Shown here: positions 17,060-26,900 of the stretch, in pieces
How the letters are laid out: each line of letters opens with the position of its first letter
Position numbering within the stretch: position 1 is the first letter of the stretch
Origin: a virus
Taxonomy: Duplodnaviria; Heunggongvirae; Uroviricota; Caudoviricetes
Reading direction: 5' to 3' (one strand)
Length of the DNA: 47,977 nt
IMG/VR virus record: IMGVR_UViG_3300028591_000125
The notes under the pieces: model-generated
Told to the model about the DNA's origin: nothing
The model's database searches: none
What the model saw: only the letters and a program-made list of their open reading frames with translations
Position numbers and translations under genes: made by a program

Positions 17060-18721
17060 TTAACTCTCCTTATTATATGTCGTTGTTATTATAGGTGCAA
17101 CAGAAATTGGTGTGCTCGTATTTTGTGGTAATATATTCTCTGTTCCTCCCGATTCTACTTTATACCGGCCGTTTAACTTATTTCCATATCTATCTCTAAG
17201 GTCGGTGTAGGTGATGGGTGTAATTGGATATACAATAGTCACTGGAGTACCAGCTGCATACTGTGCTGCAAGATATGCCTTGAAATTTTCAACATTAGCA
17301 TATCGGTCATCCTTGATATGCAGATAGTAGGATTGGTTCCACCCAAATTGTCCATTGGTTAGAATACTGCTTACACCAGCTCTTGTTGGACACATCTCGT
17401 AATGAGAACACTTTCCGATGCTATCTCCACTCATATTGGCTACATTGGATGGGGTGCGACTTGGTATTCTGTAAACTCCAGGATAGGTGCTAACAGCCTC
17501 CCAAGCTTCACCGCCACTAATCTCATAATATCCACACATCACCGTAGCCATACCATTTACCAAGTCAATCTCATCATGAACACTATCAGTTAACCAATTC
17601 ATTCCATTGGGGAATATAGTCTCTCTCACATTGGTAGTCGTGTTCACTCCTGTAATTGTGGTTACGTCTATATTCGCACTGTCCGACTGATAAGCCTCAT
17701 AAGTGCCGTTCTTCGCTGGGTCAAAAAAGTTGATGCAGATGTCGTGATTGTAGGTTGTGCCGTATCCTGGAGTAAGCGTAAATCTAATGTACATTGCACC
17801 ACTAACAGGTTTAATAGGACTTGCATTGTATGTCCATGATAAGAAATTTTTATTCGCATCATAGAAAAACACTCGTTCTAATGCTCTAGATGGCCTTTTC
17901 ATATAATAGTCTTGTTCAAAAATAGCAATATAATTTTTTGAACGCAATTTGTTTACAGAAACAACATTCCTTCCGTTATTTTCAGATATACTTCCAATTT
18001 CCACCTCCTCATCCCACTGATTAAACCCAATACTTTTCAAACTTTCCATCTTACAACTAATCAACTCACCAGCGTTATAGTCATAATAACTCGCACTGCC
18101 AATGTTCTGTGCCATCCATGCTTCAAACTCTGCTACTGTACTTGGTTCGTTGCCTGCACCGAAGATAGCGGTTAAATCAATAAGCTGGTATTGCATAACT
18201 ACACCAGTCATATTGATTCCTGCCTTTATATTTATTCTTGGATATATAGAATTACCTGTACCTGTTATAATCCTACTTTCACCAGTATAGTCTGTATACC
18301 AAAATGTGGAAGAAAACTTAGCTATTTGTACAAAAAAAGTAGTATCTGAACCCGTAAAATGTGTAAGGGATAAAATTATATATTTGTGACCAGCAATTGT
18401 ATTATATCTATAAGTATTAATATTCCAAGAAACTATAGAATCAGCATCAAATGTTCCATTGAATATAAATTTATTTTCATTTGCAAGAACTGTTAATAGT
18501 TCGTATGACGCTATATTAGTTCTTAATAACTGATTCCACTTCACCGTATTCCCCTCAATCTTCTCTATGTTAGCATAGCCACTTGCTGCGTTGGTGGGGA
18601 CAGTTCTAGATATGAACTTGGCGGTCACTCTAATCAATTCTTTTAGCTTGTAGATTATATATTTTACTGGTCTACTTATATTTTCAACCACATATTCTTG
18701 TATTGCTGTAAAATCGCTCAT
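17060..18721 (-). CDS. Putative receptor-binding/tail fibre protein
   Basis: IEKIEGNTVKWNQL N-terminal region; C-terminal LAAQYAAGTPVTIVYP shared with 15507..17057. Confidence 0.7.
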   Translation of the reverse strand: MSDFTAIQEYVVENISRPVKYIIYKLKELIRVTAKFISRTVPTNAASGYANIEKIEGNTVKWNQLLRTNIASYELLTVLANENKFIFNGTFDADSIVSWNINTYRYNTIAGHKYIILSLTHFTGSDTTFFVQIAKFSSTFWYTDYTGESRIITGTGNSIYPRINIKAGINMTGVVMQYQLIDLTAIFGAGNEPSTVAEFEAWMAQNIGSASYYDYNAGELISCKMESLKSIGFNQWDEEVEIGSISENNGRNVVSVNKLRSKNYIAIFEQDYYMKRPSRALERVFFYDANKNFLSWTYNASPIKPVSGAMYIRFTLTPGYGTTYNHDICINFFDPAKNGTYEAYQSDSANIDVTTITGVNTTTNVRETIFPNGMNWLTDSVHDEIDLVNGMATVMCGYYEISGGEAWEAVSTYPGVYRIPSRTPSNVANMSGDSIGKCSHYEMCPTRAGVSSILTNGQFGWNQSYYLHIKDDRYANVENFKAYLAAQYAAGTPVTIVYPITPITYTDLRDRYGNKLNGRYKVESGGTENILPQNTSTPISVAPIITTTYNKES

Positions 18722-18724
18722 AAT

Positions 18725-18877
18725 TTAATTTATTTGTTGTGTGGTTTCAGGACAATTAAACTGTTTGCTATTAGGATCAGATGGTATATTTAAAAAAGCT
18801 AAAGTACCATCATCATTTTCCTTATTTTCAATTTCAATAATAGGAGATTCATTTTCAATATTATTTTCTTCTATCAT
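18725..18877 (-). pseudogene. 50-aa ORF, probable truncated DGR-associated accessory gene
   Basis: MIEENNIENESPIIEIENKENDDGTLAFLNIPSDPNSKQFNCPETTQQIN. From memory, DDG[ST]LAFLNI...FNCPETTQQ resembles the N-terminus of a ~100-aa conserved hypothetical found beside Bacteroidetes-type DGR RTs; not verified. Confidence 0.45.
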
Positions 18878-18917
18878 ATATTTATTAATTTTTTGTCCAG
18901 CGTGGGACGTGGTTACG

Positions 18918-19100
18918 TTACGATGGAAAGTAGCAAAGGCGGGAACCGCAGACCGAAATCGTAGTCGAGAACTCGTTATACGCAGTCGCACAACCGAGAC
19001 CCGCAGACGCGCTGTTGCTAGCGTAGCCACCCCAAGCAAGCACATGGGTACCACTGAGGTTTGTATAGAAGTAGTCACACAGATAGGTCGTTGCACTTGT
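18918..19100 (-). other. DGR-type variable region (VR) at the 3' end of a C-type-lectin target gene
   Basis: GC-rich; fixed GCG/TCG/ACG/GGT codons alternate with NNY codons derivable from AAC/AAT; ends GGT TCC CGC CTT TGC. Confidence 0.7.
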
Positions 19101-20288
19101 TCCAGTTCCTCCTGCTTGGTCTGGTACTACCTCTCCATCATTTCCAAATAGATGACGCTTAGCATAGACACTTGAAGATATTGCTAAGGTACCTTTCAAC
19201 TCATAATCACTATTTTTAGAGGAGGCCCAACTTGTATGTTTAGATATAGGACAGGTATAAAAGTTTGGTGTACTATTTTCATATACCATCATCGCACCGT
19301 CACTCCATTTCCACACATGACCAAAGGGATTTTCAATTCCTCTATAGCTTGGAACATTAAAAGTAGGTGGTGTATATCCTCCTCCTGCCGTTGGAGTTAC
19401 TGATACTGTTCCTGTTTTATTTCCCAATGAATTAGTAGCTCCACAAGGTATAAGTGGATTTCTTTCATTATAATTAGTCCAATTTGTATTGTCCCAGGTT
19501 GTTACTCCGTTTCCTAATCCTCCTTGTTTATATCCCTCTCCAGTTAAGCTAGAGTTATATCCAAGTTGAGAATTGAAAGTAGCATATTCAACACAGAAAA
19601 GCCAGTATATTATTTTATGTACTTCACAAGCATACATCTCCCAACCAGTTCCCCTATTTCTAGCATAGGTTCTAAAGGTTGTAGTATTAATTCCTGTTAC
19701 TGGCATACCTAGAAGTGATCTATAAGTACCATCCCAAGAGTCACTGTTATTACCTCCTCTATATTGTGTATCTGTATTAACCACAGAAGATAGTTTTAAA
19801 TTTGTTCTATCTAATGCAGCCTCATAAGCAGAAACATATAACTTAGGGATTTCTTTATAGCCTGATTGTGGAAGTAGTGATAACCAAACTTGTCTCAATG
19901 TTCCGTCAGTTACAAATTTTATATAAAATTTAGGAATTTCAACCATAACCTGACCACTTGCACCACTTAAATCTGCTGCTGTTCCATCCTCTAGTAATGA
20001 ACTATTATTACAGGATAGATAAGTTACTTGTCCAGAATCAGAAACTAAGCATCTTCTCATTAATGATTGAACTGGTAAAATTGTATGCATTGCTTTATTT
20101 CCTATACGAGTAAGTGTGGGGGAGGAGTTTGTAGTATCCCATTCAACTCCATAACATAACTCACTACCTATGTTCATTATGTTTTGAGGCATTTGAGAAG
20201 GTAGATAAGTATTAGATTCCCCCAACTTAAAACGTATGGCATTAGCAATATTAGTTAAAGTACTTTCTTGTATAAATGCTTTGCCCAT
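18918..20288 (-). CDS. Tail receptor-binding protein with C-terminal C-type lectin fold (Bacteroidetes-phage DGR target family)
   Basis: GQVMVEIPKFY, YRGIENPFGHVWKWSDG and WGGYASNSASAGLG...GSRLCYF motifs; N-terminal adaptor shared with 15507..17057. Confidence 0.8.
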   Translation of the reverse strand: MGKAFIQESTLTNIANAIRFKLGESNTYLPSQMPQNIMNIGSELCYGVEWDTTNSSPTLTRIGNKAMHTILPVQSLMRRCLVSDSGQVTYLSCNNSSLLEDGTAADLSGASGQVMVEIPKFYIKFVTDGTLRQVWLSLLPQSGYKEIPKLYVSAYEAALDRTNLKLSSVVNTDTQYRGGNNSDSWDGTYRSLLGMPVTGINTTTFRTYARNRGTGWEMYACEVHKIIYWLFCVEYATFNSQLGYNSSLTGEGYKQGGLGNGVTTWDNTNWTNYNERNPLIPCGATNSLGNKTGTVSVTPTAGGGYTPPTFNVPSYRGIENPFGHVWKWSDGAMMVYENSTPNFYTCPISKHTSWASSKNSDYELKGTLAISSSVYAKRHLFGNDGEVVPDQAGGTGTSATTYLCDYFYTNLSGTHVLAWGGYASNSASAGLGCATAYNEFSTTISVCGSRLCYFPS

Positions 20289-20305
20289 AATATAATTTTA
20301 AAATT

Positions 20306-23300
20306 TTAATAAGGTACGTTTTCGGCATTGACTATAGTAACTAGTTCATATTCTCCATTTGCATTCACTGATAAAAGCTTCCCTTCATCTTGTGTAGTTG
20401 GTTCTGGTACTCTATTTACTATATCAACTATTTTACCGGACCATGAATTGTTTCTGTAGGATATATATACATTAACACCCATAGCAGCAGTACCAAAAGT
20501 CAAGCTTCCTACGTAGTTCATATAAATATCGCCACTAGGATCAACTCCATCACCAAATTTACATATAACTGTTTTTCCTGAACCGACCAAAGTTTCTATT
20601 TCAGCCGGAGTATTAGTAGAAGAAGTTACTGTTAATGTCATTGTGCTTAAATCCGAAGTACCAATCATTGAAACTATAACTATCTCATTATTTTCTCCCT
20701 GTACTTCTTCAACGTGGTATATAACATCCTCACTTAATAATCCTCCTTGTTCTAGTGTTTCAAATTCAGCTCTTGTTCCGAACCAGTGTCTAGCATCATG
20801 AGCCGCTCTATTAGTAGCAGGGGACATGACTTTTTCAGTTTCAGTTCCATCTATAGCTTCAGCGGTGGATGCAAATTCAAGTGCACCAGAGGAGGTATCA
20901 AACAACCAATTCCAATAGTTACCGTCATACACATAACAAGCAATACAACCTGCCTTTCCTGCTTTATCAAGATTATCAGTTGTAATTACCGTTCCCTTGT
21001 ATTTTATCGGTTTGTGAGAAGCGCTTGCTGTATTATCAAACTCTATAAGAAATTCTGGATTTTGTGCTGTATTTGTATTAGTGAAATAAACATATACAAC
21101 CTTACCTATATATTCTTTTGACATTAATCTTTCACTCGTTATTCCATTAGGACATAGAAATTTATAAGTGTCTGAGCTTTGATTATTGTTTGTAAAGTAG
21201 ACAAAGTTAGTATCAATGTAATTTCTTCTATCTAATAAAATAAGAATATTAGCATCATAGTAAAGAGTTAGTACATCGTTATTATTAGTATAGCAAGTAT
21301 TTAATGAATTAGAACTTCCATCTGGTCTTGGTGTACTTATATTTCTATACTCACCATTAATATAGAGGGTAATAATCTGACCTCTTTGCATTGCACTGAC
21401 ATCCGTAATTCGTACAGATAACATAGCTTTGTCATAAGGAACGGATTCAACAAGGGTTATTACATTTCTAACATTAGTAACATCCCAAGTAATAGTTGCT
21501 TCACTATATACGGTAGGAAGTGGTAAATCTCCTAAATCGTTATAACTACCACTGAACGCTACTTCTTGAAGTTGTTTCTTCATAGCGAGCACACCCCAGT
21601 CGGCTTTCTTATAGTCACCAGTCAAATCGTGTGCTAAATAATCGTTACCATTAGTAGAAACACTCCAAGGCTGATAACACACGGCACCACTGTTCCAACC
21701 ACTTGTGCCCCATCCGAACAAATCAACCCAACCGTCGTAATCCTCTGCTATGTTAACATTATAACCTGCTATAACATCGTAAGCGTTCTCGGCAAAACGC
21801 CACACCTTGTTCTTACAATGGAACTGTAAGTTCGACTTGGCAAAATCTCCCTTTGTGCTTGCTGAGAAAGAGAACGCCCCACTGTCATTATTTGACTTGA
21901 CAAGACGTACACTTTGTCCCATATATTTTCCCTCAGCGGCTAAGCTCATACTGCCATCGTAAAAATGCAAACTACGACCAACAATGCTTGAAACTTGCGA
22001 ACTAGTCCAATAGTTAGCTTTGGAATTCGTATCTTGCGGAGTAACACTATTGACCCTTCTACCTCCGACGGGGAGAAAGACACAACCGTTATTTTCAAGA
22101 GCGGTCCATTGATCTGTTGTAAGAGAGTTTCCGTTAAAAGCCGCTCCACTTACGTTAACATTGTTTATAGTGATACCGCTTGGAAGTGTGAAAACGTCCG
22201 GAAACAATATCAGACCGTTTCTGTCACCTACTTTCGCTTTGGCATATCTTGCATTAACAATACTATCACCAATAGTGGAGGCTGTACGAGTGTTAAGAAT
22301 ATAGTTCAGCTCGTCGTAGGTAGGTGTTCTCCAATCTCCAGGAAACAGTCCATTATTTAAATCTTCTACGTTATCTTGTAAAGCTTCTATATCTTCTTCT
22401 ACAGTACTTTCTTCTACTTGTCCAACGTGTCCTTCTGATGTTACGCTTATTTTATAGAGTTTTTTGCTTTTTGCTGTTATATTTCTATTTGCATCTGTAG
22501 CATGATTATAAGCAGTTTGTCCATAGTCTCCATAAAAAGCTGTAGTATGTGTAGTTCCTAAGACTAATGATTTGCTTATTTCCACATAAACACTACCACT
22601 CCATCTATACGTTTTATCATCACTAAGGTCAATATAAATTTTTCCCTCAGCCTGATCCTCGTCTACTAATGTTGTATGCTCTTGGTCTGTATAGAAGTGA
22701 TTATTGTAGAGATATCCTTCTATAACATCATCTACATAGCTTGGTAATTGAGAACTAGGTACTTGTCCATTTGCATCAAGACCAGCTACACCATTAGGAA
22801 CACCTACAGGAAGTTCGTCTGTGTGTATTTTTCTACTTATCCAAATACCCCAGTCTGATCTATCGTAATTTCCAGTTAGTGATTCGTTTAGATAGTCTGT
22901 ACTGGTAACTGAACTACTCCAAGGCTGATAACAAGTTGCCCCATTATTCCATCCTGAAGTACCATATCCAAACAAATCTATCCAGCCTGAATAATTTTCT
23001 CTGATATGGCTATTTTCAAGTCCTATACATTGCCAAGCTTCAGGTGCAAATCTCCAATCATCTGTATCTGCTTTGTATTGTAGATTTCCTTTAGTTATTC
23101 CTACACTTTTATTTAGGGCTATACTAAAACCAGACTTAGATTCATTTACAAGACGAACTGCATAACCGTAATCTGGTCCAAAAGCTCCACCACTACTAAC
23201 CATAGTGGAATTAATTATAACACCACTAATTACGTTATCTAAGTGTTTAGTAGAGCTCCAATAAAAACCAGAGATATTTATGTTAGTTGTTTCGTATTCT

Positions 23301-23947
23301 AATCTACTGCCAGAACAAGGAAGAAATACAACCCCTGAATTTTCTAGTATTTCCCATTCTTCTAGGGTATATGTATTATCTTCAAAAGCTGCGTTCCCTG
23401 TATTTATGTTTGTTATAGAAATTTCGGAAGGTTTGGTATAGTAGTCTGGAAATATAATAAGACCATTTACATCATTAACCTTAGCTTTGACGTATCTTGC
23501 ATTACTTGTTCCCTCTACAGTACTTGCCCCTCTAGTTTCAAGCAAATAGGCCCATTCATCTTGTGTTAGAGTACGATAAGAATTACGGCCTGATATAAAA
23601 GGTATTTCTTTATAATTAGGTGTTTCTAAGGTTATATGATTCCACTGATTTGCAGCATAATAGAATAATCCTAAACAACCTGCGGGAAGAGTAAAACTAG
23701 TTCCTTCTTCTTCACCAAACCCACTATAAACTTGATCGACATTAGAGGGAAGAGCTATATATACTTGTTTACTATCAGGAGTTATTTCTATAGGACCTGC
23801 GGTAGAGGCTACTCCCATAAAATTAGCGTTGCCTCCTAGAGTATATAAACACTCTTGAAAAACTTCTCTTAATTTTATGGGATCTATTTCACCTCTTCCA
23901 TTAACATAAATCCTATCATAAATATAATTTAAGATATTATTGTACAT
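20306..23947 (-). CDS. Tail fibre protein with two permuted lectin-like (DUF1566/FISUMP-like) domains
   Basis: Two copies of xRTxTxDE...VFLPxxGxR...YW[ST]S...VRLV followed by GNLQ...W[IV]DLFGxGTSGW...DWG; central GVAGLDANGQVPSSQLPSYVDDV phage-fibre module. Confidence 0.8.
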   Translation of the reverse strand: MYNNILNYIYDRIYVNGRGEIDPIKLREVFQECLYTLGGNANFMGVASTAGPIEITPDSKQVYIALPSNVDQVYSGFGEEEGTSFTLPAGCLGLFYYAANQWNHITLETPNYKEIPFISGRNSYRTLTQDEWAYLLETRGASTVEGTSNARYVKAKVNDVNGLIIFPDYYTKPSEISITNINTGNAAFEDNTYTLEEWEILENSGVVFLPCSGSRLEYETTNINISGFYWSSTKHLDNVISGVIINSTMVSSGGAFGPDYGYAVRLVNESKSGFSIALNKSVGITKGNLQYKADTDDWRFAPEAWQCIGLENSHIRENYSGWIDLFGYGTSGWNNGATCYQPWSSSVTSTDYLNESLTGNYDRSDWGIWISRKIHTDELPVGVPNGVAGLDANGQVPSSQLPSYVDDVIEGYLYNNHFYTDQEHTTLVDEDQAEGKIYIDLSDDKTYRWSGSVYVEISKSLVLGTTHTTAFYGDYGQTAYNHATDANRNITAKSKKLYKISVTSEGHVGQVEESTVEEDIEALQDNVEDLNNGLFPGDWRTPTYDELNYILNTRTASTIGDSIVNARYAKAKVGDRNGLILFPDVFTLPSGITINNVNVSGAAFNGNSLTTDQWTALENNGCVFLPVGGRRVNSVTPQDTNSKANYWTSSQVSSIVGRSLHFYDGSMSLAAEGKYMGQSVRLVKSNNDSGAFSFSASTKGDFAKSNLQFHCKNKVWRFAENAYDVIAGYNVNIAEDYDGWVDLFGWGTSGWNSGAVCYQPWSVSTNGNDYLAHDLTGDYKKADWGVLAMKKQLQEVAFSGSYNDLGDLPLPTVYSEATITWDVTNVRNVITLVESVPYDKAMLSVRITDVSAMQRGQIITLYINGEYRNISTPRPDGSSNSLNTCYTNNNDVLTLYYDANILILLDRRNYIDTNFVYFTNNNQSSDTYKFLCPNGITSERLMSKEYIGKVVYVYFTNTNTAQNPEFLIEFDNTASASHKPIKYKGTVITTDNLDKAGKAGCIACYVYDGNYWNWLFDTSSGALEFASTAEAIDGTETEKVMSPATNRAAHDARHWFGTRAEFETLEQGGLLSEDVIYHVEEVQGENNEIVIVSMIGTSDLSTMTLTVTSSTNTPAEIETLVGSGKTVICKFGDGVDPSGDIYMNYVGSLTFGTAAMGVNVYISYRNNSWSGKIVDIVNRVPEPTTQDEGKLLSVNANGEYELVTIVNAENVPY

Positions 23948-23966
23948 ATATAGTTTTATTTAAATT

Positions 23967-26900
23967 TTATGAGAAATCAGTGCTAAAATCATCAGAGAAA
24001 TCTCTTCCGGTTACAACTTCTTCCTCAGGATATGGTTCAAGCTGTATTCCGGACTCTCCAGTTGGTGTAATTTGTCCACCAGGTCGTGTAGTATATAAAG
24101 GCTTTCCACGAACCATTAATACAGTTTCTTTATAAAGATCAGTATCTTCTCTTTCAGTATCTAATGTAAATATATCATTAAGATTAATTCTAAATCTATC
24201 TACTGAATATGGAATTATGTTATTAGAAAATTCATTAGTCTTTCTTCTGAAAAATTTAGTTTGTCCCTCGTCTTCACTATCAAAAAACAAATATCTATTA
24301 GGCCTTATATTATTAAATGCATAAAGTCTATCACCCTCTGCTACATAAACAGCAATATTCTCACTATTAACTCTGACAACAACACTATGATCAGGGTGTT
24401 CAGGTATACTAGATGAGTTAGGTAAGTTTGTTATATTTATAGAAGTGGACTCATCAAATTCTTCTAGTTCCCATCCAGCCGTATATAAATAATAATCTCC
24501 AGAATGCCACCACCAATTAAGAGTAAGTCTATTATTACTTGACTCACCTGAATATTGATTATTCTCACTAGTTACTGCAATTATATCACCAGGGACTAAG
24601 GTATCTGATATTTTAATTGACGTTTCCCTAAGTGGATATTGAGTTCCAGTAAGGATTTTATTTGTATTTAAAATATCCCTGAGCTTAATTGATCCTGGGG
24701 TTGAATTAGTTATATATTTACCACTGATTAACTTTCCAACATGGCCCATCATAATAGTATCTACCTGAGTACCACCATTAAAATAATCAACAGCTACTTC
24801 ATCATTCGGTAAGTTATATCTATTTGTAATTGTAGATTCAATTCCAGCGTCATTCGGTACTTGTGGAGAAAGTTTCTTTATATATTTAAAATTCAAACAA
24901 GTATATGGACATAGTTTTTTAAATTCATAATCCCTAGTATAATACATAGAGAGCCCATCACGTTGATTATTACTATCATAAACAAATTGAATTGTTTTTT
25001 GACAGTTCATAGAAACATAAAACATAGCATTTCCATAAAAAATTATGTTTCCATTATTAGTGGTATACCATCTACTCCAAACTGGTGCGTATACATCAGA
25101 TTGTCCACTTAGTCTATATAAATTAGCTCCAGTTGGCAGTAATCCCGTTTCAACGGCTAATTCATATGTATTCCCCCAAAAACTATTGTAGTTGGAGCAT
25201 ACAACCTTTCCTTGGGCAACAAGACTTTGAATATCTGGTAGACTAGTTACTTCAACTATTGGAAGTTGGTTTATACTACTATTTGTGATTACTTGTTTTA
25301 TACGATACTTAAATATAGTATACATATCATCAAATGAAGCACTATATGTATTATTCCTAATTTGATTTGTACCCCAAAGTAGTTGATATAAACTATATCT
25401 TTCTATTGGATCTTGATATTCTTCATTCCAATCTATATCTGAGTCTTTTAATTTTGATAATGAAGTTTCATAATTAGTTTTAAAGTATAGATTAACACTA
25501 TTAGTAGTTAAGGAAACTATGGTATTCTTTTGAATAATCGTTTGATTGTTTAAAGTGGACATTGGAATTATTCTAGTGTTTTTATCTATATTTTTATTCA
25601 GTTTAACCACAATATTCCTAGATTCATCATTAAGCTTATAGTATGTACTAATAAAGTGTTCTGTTGTATTAGTATATCTATCCACCGTATCTAGTGTAGG
25701 TAGTTCTGGATAATTTATAAACGAAAACATATCTAATATAGAAGAATAACTAAGTGTATTCCAAAAATCCTCTAAAATATCATAATCAGTAGTAGTTTCA
25801 TCTATCCCCGTCTCTAATCTTGAGTTATGGTGTATTGGAGCTGTGATTTTTACTGACTCTCTAATATCTAATTTTGGTATTAATACAGAATATCTAGTTA
25901 ATAATTCAAACTCTAAAGAACCTAAATTATAGTCCGCACTTACATTATTTAAATTTATTCCCGTAGCTTTTTCTAATTCACTTTTACTATCTACCGTAAT
26001 CCAAGAACTATCTCTATTTACAATTAGATATCTAGAAGATGATGAATTGTTTCCGAGAATTGGTCGTCCTCCTATTATTGAACTTGAATCTTCTCTACGA
26101 AGTTCTGTATTCATGGGTTGTTCAAAAACATTATAATTCGAAACATTAATTGTACTTCTCTTAAATCTTATTGAAAATCCATTCCTATATTCTTGAGGAT
26201 TTCGTATTATTCTTTCTATCAGTGTTTGTCCAGGAGTTAAGTGTTCTAGAATTTCATCAACACTATTTAATCCAGTTACATTTACATTTGTTAAAGCTAC
26301 CAAGTTCATATAATTAAATATATAGTCCTTTCCTTCAAAATTATAAACCACATATCTAAAGTTTCCTGGTATGTCTGTTTCTGTTTGTGGACTATTACCT
26401 CCCAAACCATACCACCAAACATTACTTCCTGGTGTTTGATTTATGTTTTCTAAATAATCATGTGAACTATCAAATATAAATGAATATCTTGCTATATAAT
26501 ACTGATCGTTATATTTTATTATATCTCCAGCATGATAAAATACACTTGAATCCCACTCTTCTATTATTCTAGATATAAATGTTTCTAGTTGTTGTATGCT
26601 TGAAATTCGTTTAATTTCATACCAACTGTTTCCTACTTGATAACCGAAGGAAGTCGTTTGTGTGCTTCCTAGATAGATATACTTATAGCTATTTAATGGA
26701 GTTTCTTCTGAATCTACTATATCATTAGTAAGATCAAGGTGGGCAATATCTGTTTTATTTGCTATATTATAATCTCCACCTTCTCCATATATATAATAAG
26801 CATCATCTAGTTCTTCCCAGTATGCTCTTTTTTCTTTATACCCTACTTGTTTTACCCAATCATTTTCTGAGTAATCTTCTACACTATCTTTTATCAACCA

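Noticed and set aside
18725-19151. ORFs 18725..19096 (-) and 18741..19151 (+)
   Set aside because: They overlap the GC-rich VR in other frames or antisense. Only the distal 50 codons from the ATG at 18877 look like a real gene remnant.
21880-22060. Second DGR variable region in the GC-rich lectin copy
   Set aside because: It lacks the regular fixed-codon/NNY alternation and lies mid-gene; acquisition from a GC-richer donor explains it better.
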